A stretch of DNA of 64,000 nucleotides from Aplysia californica (Eukaryota), in the NCBI RefSeq assembly GCF_000002075.1, contig NW_004797271.1, forward strand, positions 625,801 to 689,800, in the 5' to 3' direction. Of this stretch, positions 37,701 through 50,900 are shown piece after piece; position 1 is the stretch's first letter; each line of letters begins with the position of its first letter. Both the position numbers and the translations under genes were made by a program. The notes beneath the pieces were generated by a model that did no database searches, was not told the DNA's origin, and saw only the letters and a list, made by a program, of their open reading frames with translations.

Positions 37701-37956
37701 AAAAAAAGGGGGCGGGGGGCTATATCATTTTTTTCCATCCTTTAAAACCTCTTGATGTTTTATTTTAAAGTTGTAAGCTTGTCTTCGTCCCTTTTTCTCT
37801 CTTTGATTGAGGGTCCTCACAACTTTAGTACATAGCTTTACTTTTTCAGACACTGGTGTGCATACAAGCTCACACAAACATTCACTCACACACAAGCACA
37901 CAGACATATATATACATACACATTTATGCAGACACATAATCATGCACACACACATA

Positions 37957-38017
<61 letters not shown>

Positions 38018-41000
38018 ACTTACAATATACTCACACACTTACAACTCACACACACACACCTACATATTTCCAATTGATGGCGTTCTTGCTGCTCACTAGT
38101 TCCATGATTCTATTTTTAGGGCAAGTTCGAACCCTTTTGCCATGGATAAGAGACAACCTTGTGCAAGAGCGGCCGGAACTTTTCATGCAAGGAGACACAG
38201 TGTAAGTAATGAATGGTGTAAGCTTTAGTCATCTATTTCTAGTAACCAACGTGACTTGTCAGTGTAAAGTTTTGGTCCACAAGTAAACAACAGTGTAAAA
38301 TTTTGGTCTTCTTCTAGTATTTACTTTATCCGTCCTCTTGCACCTCTAGGGAGTCGAGGGGAGAAAGAGCTTCCTGTCTCTTGCAAGTTTGATGCCCTGG
38401 CTGGGTGTTATCAGGGTATCCTTCACATCCTGGATCCAGGTCTTTCTTGGTCTTTCTCTTGCCTTATACCCTGATACTTTCTTGTAGTAGGCTTTACTTG
38501 CAAGCTGGTTAGGTGTCATACGTGTGAGATGTCCAAACCACCTGATTCTCTGCCTTCGAATGTAGTGGAGGACAGGTGTTGTTCCCACCATTTCTCTGAT
38601 CTTGTTGTTTCTGACCATGTCCTGTCTGGTTTTGTTGACTGGTTCCTCAGACATCTCATCTCGCAGATGGTTATCTTACGTTCCAGATTTTTGGTCAGGG
38701 TCCATGTCTGGCACTGGTAGGTCAAGGTGGGGATGAAGATAGAGTTAATGAGCTTGGCTTTGGTCTCAATGGGGATGTTAAGATGTTTGAGGAGTGGGGC
38801 AAGTAGGTAGCTGTCACTGTTAGCCTTTTGTACTCTCGTTTCGATTACTCTGTTGAGACGTGCGTCTTCAGAAAAGATGCTTCCAAGATACTTGAACTCG
38901 CTGACTTGTTTCAGCGGATTTCCGTCGATGGTGATGTTATGGTTGCCAGGTGTTCTGCTGATTTTCATCATCTCCGTTTTGCTTTTACTGATCTTCATGT
39001 TGAGCTTTTCACTTTGTGTATTCAGCCTGTCTTTGTGCTCTTGAAGTTGCTCTTCTTTCTCATATGCCAGGCTTGATCATCTGCAAACAGCATCTCATTT
39101 AGGTCTATTGGGTTGGGGTTTGCTTCTTTTATAATTTTGTCCATGTATATATATTATATGAATAGTAGCGGTGATAACACACACCCTTATCTCACTCCAG
39201 ATGACATGTCGAACCAGTCAGTGAGTCCGTTTTGGGTGCGGACTGTGCTCATACTGTTGGTATAGATGGGTCTGATGCATGAACAATTAAATACTTCGGT
39301 CTTGTAGCAACATACGGTAAAAGACTTTGGTCTTCTCACCACAAACATTCTACTTTTTTGTGTCTGTCAAGTTCTTGTCTTCCTGTATCCACAGCCGTCC
39401 TGGAATTCTTGTCTTGATCAACGAAGCAGACTGGGAGCTTATGGTGAGTGGTTCTGGTCATCTATTTGTGAAAGCTGAACAGCAAAGATAATTTGGGTCG
39501 ATGGTCAACCTTGGTTATTGAATTTTTGGGGGCATTTTCTGATGGTGCAAGTCCATCCATTTACACGGAAATTATCTTGTTGTGTAGATCCGTCCCTCAT
39601 AAAGATATTATTTAATCTAATCTAATGTAACTCCATCTAACGCAAGAAAATTATTTAGTCCTGTAAATCTATCCATTGCAAAGAAATTCTTAATTATCTA
39701 ATCATGTATATCCATCCATTGCAAGAAAACATTCTAACCTTGTAAGTTCATTATTCCCAAGGAAATTTTCATGAGAGACTTACAAAAACACCACAAAAAA
39801 ACAAGCTTCTCTTTACTCGCATGCATCTTGAAAATAAGACCACACAACAAAACTACCTTTTCTTTGGGCTTAAGCTTTTAGAACTTCTTGAGCTCTATGA
39901 GAAAACTTTTTCTGAGGGGAAAAGAGAAGAAAACTAATTAAGAAAAATTCCTGACATGCAGTAGAACACAGATAGGTCGAAGTCAGAAGAATAGAAATCA
40001 TGCATTCGTCGAACTGTGCCTGCGGTCCTGTTTTTTGGGTGTTTTTCTTCATCTTTGTAAGAGATCCCTCAAACTATGGATCCCTCAAACTACCCAGGCT
40101 GGGTCCAAATTCGAACTATCCGTGTTATGCTGTATGTTGAGTGAATTACTCCAACGATATTCAGTTTGTACCATACTGTTCTTGGACCATGTTCATGGTG
40201 CCTTTCAAAATTCATTGATATCTTTGATATATGAACTGTGGGTTTTTTTCGACATGCGGATAACTTGAGAACAACAAATGTACGCCATTGGCCGATATTT
40301 GTAGTAACAGCTATCTTGTTTGATGTCATTGAGGGATTCCCGCTTTGTTGTCGTTCATGGTGGCAACACGACCACAAAGCACTATTGCAGTATTTTTTTA
40401 AAGCCTGTAGCTTACAGTGGCGTGGTGGTTGAGTGGTTAGTGCGCTTGTCTCCAAAGCAGAAAGTCCAGGTTCGAGCCTTGGTTCGGCCTCAGTTTTTTT
40501 TTTAAAATGTTTTTTAAATCCATCAAAGTCACAACATCACATGCTTTTTCAGTTATCTTATATATTTTTTGAGAAAATTTTTTTAAAAATTAGTCATTTA
40601 CTTCTCCAACTCGAAGTCAGGTACCCATTACAGGTGGGGTGGGGGGGGGGGGGATCCGTGGCCGCACCACCCCACTATGGGCCACAGGCTTTTAAAATAC
40701 TGCAATAGTGCATTGCGATCGTGTTGCCACCGTGAACGACAACAAAGTGGGAATCCCTCAATGACGTCAAACAAGATGGCTGTTACTATAAATATCGGCC
40801 AATGGCGTACATCTGTCGTTCTCAAGTTATCCGCATGTGTTTTTTGGTCCTGCTTTCTACAATGTTTGTGCAGGAATTTAGAGGACCCTACTAATCTAGC
40901 ATTTCCCCCCTCAAAGTGATTATTAATTATGAATTGGTGTGCTTGTCTTTTGATTTGATAAACCAGTATTTAATATTTATCAGTAAAAACATTGTCTAGT

Positions 41001-41206
41001 TGTATATCGAACGAGCAGTTAATTTGACTACTACTGTTGGTACTTTTACCACTTAGCGGTTTGTGAACCACATGGTTAATCATTTTATTGTTTGTCATTT
41101 CATCCAGTTATGCAATGCCAACCTGTTTCCTCCCCAGGGAGAGCTGGACTATGAGCTGGAGGAGAATGACAGAATTGTGTTCATCTCAACATTACATGGG
41201 GGGTAA
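31672..41206 (+). CDS. URM1: Ubiquitin-related modifier 1, 99 aa, 5 exons
   Basis: Exons 31672-31700, 37442-37512, 38120-38201, 39395-39443, 41138-41206 (300 nt) give [99 protein letters not shown], ending in the diagnostic STLHGG. Confidence 0.95.
31851..35089. mobile_element. Nested DNA-transposon cluster in URM1 intron 1
   Basis: Tc1-like MITE (ends AGTCGAA.CTG / CAGGTTGGACTG|TA) interrupted by a 17-bp-TIR element at 31863-34073, which contains palindromic family C. A mini element lies at 34198-34342. Confidence 0.6.
37442..37512 (+). CDS. URM1: URM1 exon 2
   Basis: [23 protein letters not shown]; strong acceptor and GTAAGT donor. Confidence 0.93.
38120..38201 (+). CDS. URM1: URM1 exon 3
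   Basis: [27 protein letters not shown]; GTAAGT donor. Confidence 0.93.
38320..39275 (-). mobile_element. 5'-truncated RTE-clade LINE (reverse transcriptase pseudogene)
   Basis: [51 protein letters not shown], with frameshifts. Confidence 0.9.
39395..39443 (+). CDS. URM1: URM1 exon 4
   Basis: [16 protein letters not shown]; GTGAGT donor. Confidence 0.95.
40252..40838. mobile_element. Fold-back MITE with ~175-bp TIRs enclosing a tRNA-like sequence
   Basis: 40252-40428 is the reverse complement of 40665-40838. Confidence 0.85.
41138..41206 (+). CDS. URM1: URM1 exon 5
   Basis: [22 protein letters not shown] stop. Confidence 0.95.
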   Translation, partial: GELDYELEENDRIVFISTLHGG

Positions 41207-43204
41207 CCTATCACAGTACTAACTTGACTTTAACTTTTTGTCCTTACACTAAATATTTGTTGAGTTGGACTTTATTTCTGGCTTAGAAGACCATAATTTT
41301 GACTCAACAGTAGACAATGGCAAGTTCAATCAGATTTTTTTTTAATTCATTATAATATATTTGTATAGGTTTAGCGTCCTTTTTTTAAATATAGAAAGCG
41401 TTTTACGGTACTTGCAACACAATTATTAGGTCATACGAGCGCCAAAGATTAGAGGCGTTGTTACAAAAGAGAAGAAGGAGAGATAAAGATGATAGGTCTA
41501 GATGTTTGGTAGAAAGGAAGAAGGGGCAAACCACGCTGGAGCACCGGCCAACCACCCATTAAGTTCCTTTTAACAACTGTAAAGTTAGTTTTTGAAAAAA
41601 TTAAAATCATTTGAGATAGACAGAAATATAAAGGAAATTTTTTGTACACAAAGGCAACTTTACTTTCTGAATTTCATGTTATGGTGGTAATATCTCTTAA
41701 CAACAGCAATAACTCTTGGTATATTATAGTTATAGTTATAGGGAAAGCAGGAAAAGATATATGTTCACTCCTTTCTTTCACTGAGTTTTACAACATCAAT
41801 ATACAATATAACACGGATAGCTTTAATTCGTCGGGACTGACCTCAGTAGTTCGAGGGATATCTTACAAAAATAAAGAAGAGAGAGAAAAAACGGGACCGC
41901 AGGCATAGTTTTTTTTTTAGTAAGAGTTTTACGGCATTTGCAACACAAAAAGGTCATATAAGTGCCGAAGATTAGAGCTGTTACAAGAGAGTAACAAACA
42001 CACAAAAAAAGGGAGAGATCAGGACGATAGATGTTTGATAGGAATGCATGATTTCGAGTATTCTGTGTTCGATTTATCCGTGTTATACTGTTTAATAGTT
42101 CATTCCTTTCTTTCACTGAGTTTTACAACATCGAAATATTGTGAAAGTAGAAAAGACAATCATTACTGACACCGAACAGCCAGTAAATTTGAATTATCAG
42201 ACATGATGTTAAAAGTAAACACTCTTTTCTTAAAAATACGAGAACTAATGACAAACAGGCATGTATAAAAAGGGGGAATTGCAAACTATCATCAATACGA
42301 GCTATTCAGTCATTGTCAGGTGAGGGAGAATAACATTATTTTAAGTCATGTCCATCCAACGACTATTCTATTCGTATGTGTGCGTCTGTGACAGTTTTTG
42401 TATGTAAATCTGTGTGTATGAGTGAGGGGGGGGGGGGGGAGAGGGAGAGAGAGAGAGAAAATGTGTGTATGTGTGTGTTGACGAGTGTGTGTGTATGTGC
42501 ATAGATGCATTTTCATTTACCACCATCCTGCAGCAAATTCATCTTTGTGGAGATCAATAAAATCTTATGAAATAATATGCCATCGTATCTTATCTTATTT
42601 GACAGTTTGGACCTACTAGTGCCACTACTAATTTCACATCCATCACTGACAGAACTGAGCCATGTAAGTGGAGAGCCTTGAAAACTCCTTTTACACTTTG
42701 CCGCCACAAGGCTCATTCATATAGTAAAAACTCTTGCCATCAAAGGCAAAGGCATTTTGGGGAAAATTAGAAGAAACTGGGTGGTAAACATAGCCGTTAA
42801 GCAAGATAAGGTGGCAAAGTGTTAACTAACCAAGTTCAAGAACGTCCTTTTGGGGATCTGAACCTTGGTCTTCTACATCACAGCCAAGCATGATGCCTAC
42901 TGAGATAATTTTGGGCCGTTATGAGAATCGGAGATGTGAGGCTGGAAGGACAAAGTTAAATTGTAGGAACCCTGTGAGGCTGATACCTTGAGTGAGAAGC
43001 TTTCACTTTTTTCAGTTTACCTCCACTTTGCTACAATTCAATTTCGAGTCGAATAACAATAACGTCTTTAGCCCATGTGGCAAGTCTACTTGAGATTTAG
43101 AGTCAAGATTTATGAGACAAACTGCTTCCTTCCACCCAGCTTGTCAGTGTCAACCTGTGTAGTGTAGGCAATAGCATCCCAGTAGACGGACAGAGACAGA
43201 TCCA

Positions 43205-43450
43205 CTTCTTCTTCTTCTTCTGTTTGTTTGTTTTTATGAAGGCGTTTTAAACGCCCCCATCAACACAAGTTAAATCATCTAGGAAGCAGGCTTCGGCCTA
43301 CCTATCGGGACCAATCCACACTGAGAGGGGGGGGGAATACAGCATCCCAGCAGAAAGATCGACGTGCTTTATAAAAATTCTCCTCTCTCGGGATTCGAAC
43401 TCAGGTCTCCTGAACGCAAAAGCAAAGTGCCTAACAACTACACCACAGAT
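43205..43450 (-). mobile_element. tRNA-derived SINE (third family)
   Basis: A/B-box head GTGGTGTAGTTGTTAG...GAGTTCGAATCC and (AAAC)n tail; related copy at about 47050-47235. Confidence 0.7.
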
Positions 43451-46400
43451 GCTGGTTATACTTATAGATCTGCTCGACTGAATAACATCCCTACTTAGAA
43501 ACCTCCTGACCATCAGTATCAATAATTTATTGTTAGAGGCACCAGCCTTCCATGTTCAGGTGCTGTTTTAAGTTTTAGCCTCAAATCTGCTGACTGAAGT
43601 CTTGTCAAGTCATTACCTATATATACAGAGTAGAACTTAGATATAATGAAGTCATCAGGCCTGACCTTTAATTTTGTAGTCTGAGTGTTCGTTATACCAA
43701 CATGAGCAACAAGTTGCTTTGCAGTGTAGGGCCTACAATGTGGTATTTTTCAGGGGGGGATTTCACAAACGTAAGCAATATTGTTAAAAAGGTAAATAAG
43801 AGGCTGTACTTTGAGTGAGGAAACAGGTCTTTCAATCTGAATCCATCCATCCTTCAGATATTATGTTCTACACCACAATAGAAACTTTGATAAATTAAAA
43901 CAGTAGGATCTTGGCGAATCGAGATCATAAGCAGTGGTGGGTAAAGATTATGGTACTGGCAAATATTGTACCAGTGTAATGACCTTTTATTAACACAATG
44001 TTAAGGTTTTTTTTAAGTAATAAAAGTATTAAAAGGCAGGACTTCCGAACTTTGACATCCATCTCCAGTAGAACTGAGCCAAATAGGCAGGGAGATGACG
44101 TGTTTTAGTTTTAGTAGGAGTTTTAGTTTTACGGCACTTGCAACACAATAAGGTCAAATGAGTGCCGAAGATTAGAGGTGTTACAAGAGAGTAAGGAACA
44201 TAAAAAAGGAGGGCAGATAAAGACAATAGATGTTTGTTTGATAGGAAACAAGAAGAAAACCACACCAGAGCATCCACCAACCACCCACTGGAGATAACTT
44301 GATAACCTTCCTAAAAATTCAAAGAACACCTCTTTGGGAATTCCAGCCAGGATCATCGACACCATAGTCCAGTACAATACCAGCTGAGCTAACGGACCAC
44401 CGATAATATAAGATGTATCATGTAAGTGTAGTGTCCTTGGGCAAGAAGGACAACTGTTGACACATCATGGAGGTAGAGGACAGGAGAGCATTACGCTGGC
44501 AGTACTGCACACAGACGTAACTCATAGGCCGCCAAAAATGACAAACGTCGATGCAATATTACGCTGCCAGTATTGCATACCTATGCATCTCATTGGCCGC
44601 CAAAAATGACTAACGTCTGTATGGAATTCTGCCAGTGATTATAAGTATAACATAGACATATCATGTATGGTGATAGTTCAGTCCACTGGTTCCAACCAGT
44701 CACTTACAGAGTAGAGATACCTCTGTCCAAATCTATGTCTGGGAGTGGGAAATGGGAGAACTCTCTTCAAACTTCACCCGACGATATGAATCATGTCAAC
44801 ACATAGCCTGATATGACCCTTTGTTGACATTGAAACCCTCCGCACCACCCCCTTAGAGTTCAGAGAATGACCTACATCACCAATCATCTGACAACTTTTC
44901 CAGTTTTTCACAACTCCTTCACCATGATGCCAGGAAGGGGTTATGTCACAACAAAATTTTCTAAAATAATAACAGCAGTAGTGATAATGGTAGTGAACAA
45001 GTCGATATTTATTCAGGAATACTTTCATGTGATTTATTTTTGAATGAAGAAACAACAGCTGAAAACACAATTCAGATGACATGTACATACAAAAAATGTT
45101 CTATTATTCTGCTGTTTCATAATCCAAGAACGAAAAAAAAAAAGCATAGTAAAGGAATCTGGATCGAATCAACCTTTTTCAGGACCCAATCTAAGTGAAA
45201 ATGCCCACATGTCTTTACTTAGTATCAATATCTATCAAACAACAGATACAAACATTATTGAGATTGGACAATTAATTTGAAAAGAAGTTAACCAATAGCT
45301 TAAAATATATATGTTTTTTTCCAATTTTCAACAAAACATGTTTTTTAAATAATTGCCAGTGCTAGATTTCAATTCAAACGGCAAGTGGTACAAGAGTCAA
45401 GAAATATAAATGTGACAGAACAACAGCCAGACAACCACAAGAAACGAAGATGATATCTTTTTGGGTAATAACCGGTAAAAAAACTTTGGTCTAAAAGTAA
45501 ATGTAGACCTTCAGCACTCACTTCTGTCAACCGTCGCCACCATCACACTTCCAAACCTGATGAGATCAGACTATAAAAATATATGGTACTCGCTCAATTG
45601 TCCAATATCCTTATGATGATTAACTCACTGAGCCCTGGTCGCCAACATAGGTGGGAATGTTGGCAGGGCAGAGAACCCTGATCCTGATCACAGAGGGGAT
45701 CAGGATTTCCTTCTTTTTTTCTTTCGAGAGAGAACCACTCAAATGCAATTTAATTTTTTAACAAAGCTTTAGTAGAATTAGAATTATCCTAAACGGAAAG
45801 GAAGCTTTCCAAAATATGGAAGTAGTTTTCACTTGGGTGACCTACTTGAGGCACAACCACTTCTTATTCTTTAAAATATTAGATCTAAGGCCGAGTGATA
45901 ACTTGGAAAGGCAGGATCGTATTAATCATAAGATTTAGGGAAAATATAGATATATCTAGATCTAGTCTTCACATTTTTGCGTTACAATAAATCGTTTTTG
46001 ATGTTATTTTCCTTCACCTTCAGTGAGCAGAAATGTTCTCTAAAATTGAAAATAGTGAAGTATCAAAAATTCTGTTCGGGAAAACAGTTTTACGGATAAT
46101 TTAGTCAAATTAGAAGTACTACAAAGAGAAGAAACGTATCATAATATCTGAGCCAAAAATTAAGCCAGTAGCTAGATATTTACATTCCTGAGAATTTTTA
46201 ATTGTGAAAATGACCTGCATGGAGAGACCACTGCAATTTTATATGGGCCAGGGATCTGTGAGTTAACAAACATACCTCACATGCCACTTTGTGTCCTCCA
46301 CTTCATAGCAGGAAAAACACATCATGAGAGACCCCCTCTTTGACTTAGATCAGCTTCTCCACAGACACAGAGGCACAAAGCACAAGACAAATCTACAATT

Positions 46401-47589
46401 ATAATGAGAATAAAATCACACATCATCTAAAAGAAAAAACATAGACCCATTTCCCCAACCTAAATTTAATTGTAAAAAAAAAAAAAGCATGAGCTTCATG
46501 GTCTACTGTGAAGTGCCTGCAAAGAAGAACCGGTCAGTAGAAAAGTAGAGAGATAGTCAAAGAAGCAAAACCGTCCACAATCGGGATTACAACGGAATTC
46601 TTGGTCCATGGTAACTCCCCCCACAATTTTTTCTACACTGACCAGCATAAAAGATTAAAACACTATCCGAATTTCAATACATTTATCAAATATTGTTTTA
46701 TCAAATTCACATTCCAACAGCTTAAAACAATTTTGCGTAAGTGACAAATGTGAAGGACGCCTCATGCAATAGACAGGGAATGCACAAGGGACAGACGTAA
46801 AACCCAATAAAGTTCTGTTAGAGCTGACAACATGCTAACAACCCACTATTGACTTTGTTTTACCTACTAATGTGAAAAAATTGTTTTCTTCACGACTATT
46901 GTGGTGGCAATAAAGGAGGAATTAAAAACAAAACAAAAGGCGAGTAAAAAACGAGGCATCAAGCATTTTTGTTTGTATTTGTCTCCACCAATGGCACATA
47001 TTCATGTCAAAGGTAAATCGGACAGTGACAACAAAAACCAGAACCCCTTTTTTAATGTGTTTTTATGACCCCATCAACGCAAGTTAGCTCATTTAGGAGG
47101 CAGCCTTCTCACCCTGCCTATCAGGTCCAACCTGAGCTGAGAGACCACAATATTAAATAAAAATTTCTCCCCACTTCACAATCGAACTCAGGTTTCCTGC
47201 ATATGACAGCGAAGTGCCAAACTGCTACACCACAGACACCCACCTGTAGCAGAAAAGACCCATACACCTTTCACATTTTTATAAGGAGCCACTAACTACA
47301 CATGGTCATCAGTAAACACAACATTTTTCCAAACTTTTAAAACAAAACATTCATGTTGTCTATTAAAACTTTGCCCCCCCCCCCCCCCCCTCCTTCCACA
47401 GAGATAAGATCTAGCTACACATTGCAGTGTAACATTAAGACTCGTCAATTACAAAGATTCTGCTGTTTTAAACAAGGCATTAACACAAAAAAGTCCACAT
47501 CTTCTTCACAAAGGAACCATCAACACCCCAAACACTCTCTCACTCAGTCATCATCAAACTCACAGACAGGGAAAACTTTGTGGCAAAAT

Positions 47590-47908
47590 TCAATGTCTCC
47601 TCTCTCGGTCTTTATCTTTGTGTTTGCTTTTCTTTTTCTCTTCCTTCCTTCGCTCCTTGTGTTTGGAGGAATGTTCCTTCCTGTCTTTACTGCGTGACCT
47701 ACGGCGCTCTCTGTCACGAGATCGCGATCTCTTCCTCTCCCTTGACCTTGACCTCTTGCGGTCATGTGAGCGTGAGCGAGATCGTTTCCTGTCCTTCTCC
47801 TTCGAGTGAGATCCCCGTTTGTCACTTTTGCTGGATTTGTAATCCTCTTTTTCTTTACGCTGTCGGTCACGCTCGCGCTCTAGCTCTCGGGAGAAATCAT
47901 CACCAGAT
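47590..47908 (-). CDS. PRPF38B: PRPF38B last coding exon (RS/RE/RD domain)
   Basis: SGDDFSRELERERDRQRKEKE...RSRSRERKRSRSRDRERRRSRSKD...DRERRH stop. Confidence 0.9.
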
Positions 47909-50900
47909 CTGAGGACGGCGGGACAAGAACATTAAGTATACGTACAAGTACTCTGCACTGGCATTGTGTGTGGGGAGAGGAGGAGAAGAAAAAACACAGA
48001 AATAACTCATCGAAAGTAAGAGCGGAACCAATGTTTCTTTTTCTAAGACAGACAACCATCTAGACCTCCACATAGACCTGGAGCTAGTCTGTCTAAGTAA
48101 TGAGAAGCACATCGACACAAAAAACAGTCATTTAGATCAGCGAGACAGTAAAACACACATCCCCTGCCCCCAACAAACACACACATATATTCACAAACCA
48201 CCTGCAATAAGGTTAGTTAGTTTAGTATGAGGTTTTACAGCGCTCGCAACTGCAAAAGGTCATATGAGCAGTAAGGTTAGGGCAAAAGGAGCCACATCTC
48301 ATACAGTCAAGCAAGCAAATAGCGAAATCAGCAAAATGAAGAAACTGTGTACAAATTTCATAATAATGCATGTTTCAAATGCAAAGAATACATACAGGCC
48401 TAAATTGTATAAACAGAAAACATTCAGGGGCCTAAAAATCCGTTCACTGTGTTTTGTTATATGTACATGTTTGCTCTATGTGTCTAGGTGGTTGGAAGCG
48501 CCACTGGTAGGTCCTACTTCTTTTCTTTCCTTCTATCATTCTGTCCGTCCATCTTACTTTTTTTTTTCCCCCAGCATTAAATGACCACTATTCTGTTGAT
48601 GTGCTTCCTTTAAACAAACAAACTATATGTATGCTACACTGTATGTGAAATACAATCTAGGTCAGACAGACAGTAAAACATTCCCCCATCCCTCGACACT
48701 CACATATTAACAATACACCTCATGTAGGGGTTATGTCCAGGGAACCAGGGCTCTTACATATATCATAGCTGCCACTCAGGAAATACAAAAAAGGAGGAAA
48801 TTCACGCGAAGGCGTACGAGCTCTTTCCGAAGGCCGGAGTAAAACCAGTGAGATCCAGAGGCAATTTATTGGAACATCTAGCCTATGGTTTTGGAAGGGA
48901 AAACTGTCATATTTGTTAACTATAGGCTACTGAATTTAAATGTATTTGAACCCCCCCCCCAAGACAGTAAGTAGACTAACATGCACAATTTGACACAGTT
49001 TGGTGACAAAAAATCCAGTCTTTGTTGCCAGCTGGTGTCTCATTAAAAAGTTTCTTTCACTTTAAACTTGTGCATCGATGTAGAGCAGTATTGGATCCAG
49101 GAGGCAACACCTTTGCCACTGTACTGAGCGATTTCTTTATCGCACCAAACGCAAAGTGCAGCAAGCGGCTTGTTCAATTTTCTAATGAACTTTTCAAGTC
49201 ACACACCATCTGCTTCTTTCTCATTTCAGCTCCTTTTATTTTTGCATTCAGCATCAATCTCTCTCGAATTTCTGCCGCTTTCAAGGACAACTTGGCGTGC
49301 CATCGTCCCGATGCTCGATCGACACTGTCACTCCATAATAAACAATGTGAAACTAGTGCCAGGCACAGAAGAATGGATAAGTAGAAAGCTACGTGCGGAC
49401 CTGAGTAAGCCGCGTTTTCCTCTCTCTCCTGGTTCGGTGTTCTCCGCAAGTAAAAAAAAAGTTTCGCAATTTGTGACCGAGAGTGGTCCGGCGGAGATGG
49501 AGGAAAGTAGCGGGAAAAGCTAGATGAAGCGGAGTTTCTGCTATTTAGCGGAAAAGTGGCAGCTATGATATATAAGGAATACAATCTTGATCAGACAGAC
49601 AGTAAAACATACCCCCATCCCAAACACTCACACATTTGCAATACAACTCATATAGGGGTTATGTCAAGGGAGCCAAATCTCAAATATGGAATACAATCTA
49701 GATCAGACAGTAAAACACAAACACACACACACATACTCCACACACCTGGAGTAGGGGCTATGTCGAGGGGAGCCAGACCTCCTTGGGGGCGATCGCCGTG
49801 GCGACCGCCGGGCTCCAGGGGGGGAAGGCCGTCGCACTGGGGGAGAGCCTCGCCGTGGTGGGGGAGACCTGCGCGACGTGCTGCTGCCGTTATGGGAGTC
49901 CTCACGTCGGCCGTTGCTGGCGCTGCCTCTTCTGAAATGTTTCATTCCACAATATTGTATATCTTATTTTCCTTTCTTCCTTTGTCCATACACATATTAT
50001 TTACAGATTTTTATTGAGAAAAATGTTTGTTGTTCCTTAAAATCGCCAATATACATATTTAAAAAGTTAAGAAAAAGAGTAACAGTGCTTTACTCATAAT
50101 ATGAACAAATTGTTTTGAAAATACTGAAAAAGAAATATTTCATTCCACAACATAGTACATATCATTTTCCTTTGTCTGTACGACTAAAAAATGTAAACAC
50201 ATTCTTTACAGATTTTTATTTTGAATAATGCTTGTTGGTCCTTTACATCGCCAATAAATATAAAAAACATAATTAGGAAAAGGAATAACAGTGCTTTGCT
50301 CATATGAACAAATCGTGTTGAGAATACTGAAAAAAAAATATACTCCAAAACAGCTCTGACACAGAGCCCTGCACAGTTGCCACCAAAAACAGCGTGTGTG
50401 GAAGAATGTGTGTGTGTGTATTTCAATAAGTATATATGCCATTATTAAAACAATTTCTCAAAGTGGAATTATCTGCTTTCTATGTATTTACCCTCGTTGG
50501 GACAGAGCTGCTCGCTCTGCCTCTCCAAACGATAGTTCGTCATCAGGGATGTGTTCCGGCTCATCAGCTCCAACTTCCTGTTCTGCATACTCGGGGAAAC
50601 CTGCAGCCACCGGCCTTGACCTCATCTTCATGTCAATGTCTTTCTGAAATGGGCCATAACAATGTTTTCCCACATGAATGTCAATGCAGATTTGGTTCCA
50701 ACAGCAAGTCTCAGGTAATAGAGGTACCAAAAACCCATCCTCCCCCCATTTTTGGAACCTATTACATGGGAGAAATCTTCAGGGTGTCCAGCAATATTTG
50801 CTGAAAAAAAAATTTACTACCCAGCAAAGAAAGCCCCACACCAGCTTGAAAAAGGGAGTTCATTTGTGCCATCAATAACATATACAATGTATTATCATTA

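Noticed and set aside
40419-40490. tRNA-Trp(CCA) gene
   Set aside because: Acceptor and D stems are mismatched and it lies inside a MITE; treated as a pseudo-tRNA.
45613-45687. Box C/D snoRNA (ATGATGA ... CTGA)
   Set aside because: No terminal stem, no recognisable rRNA guide, and not in a sense-strand intron.
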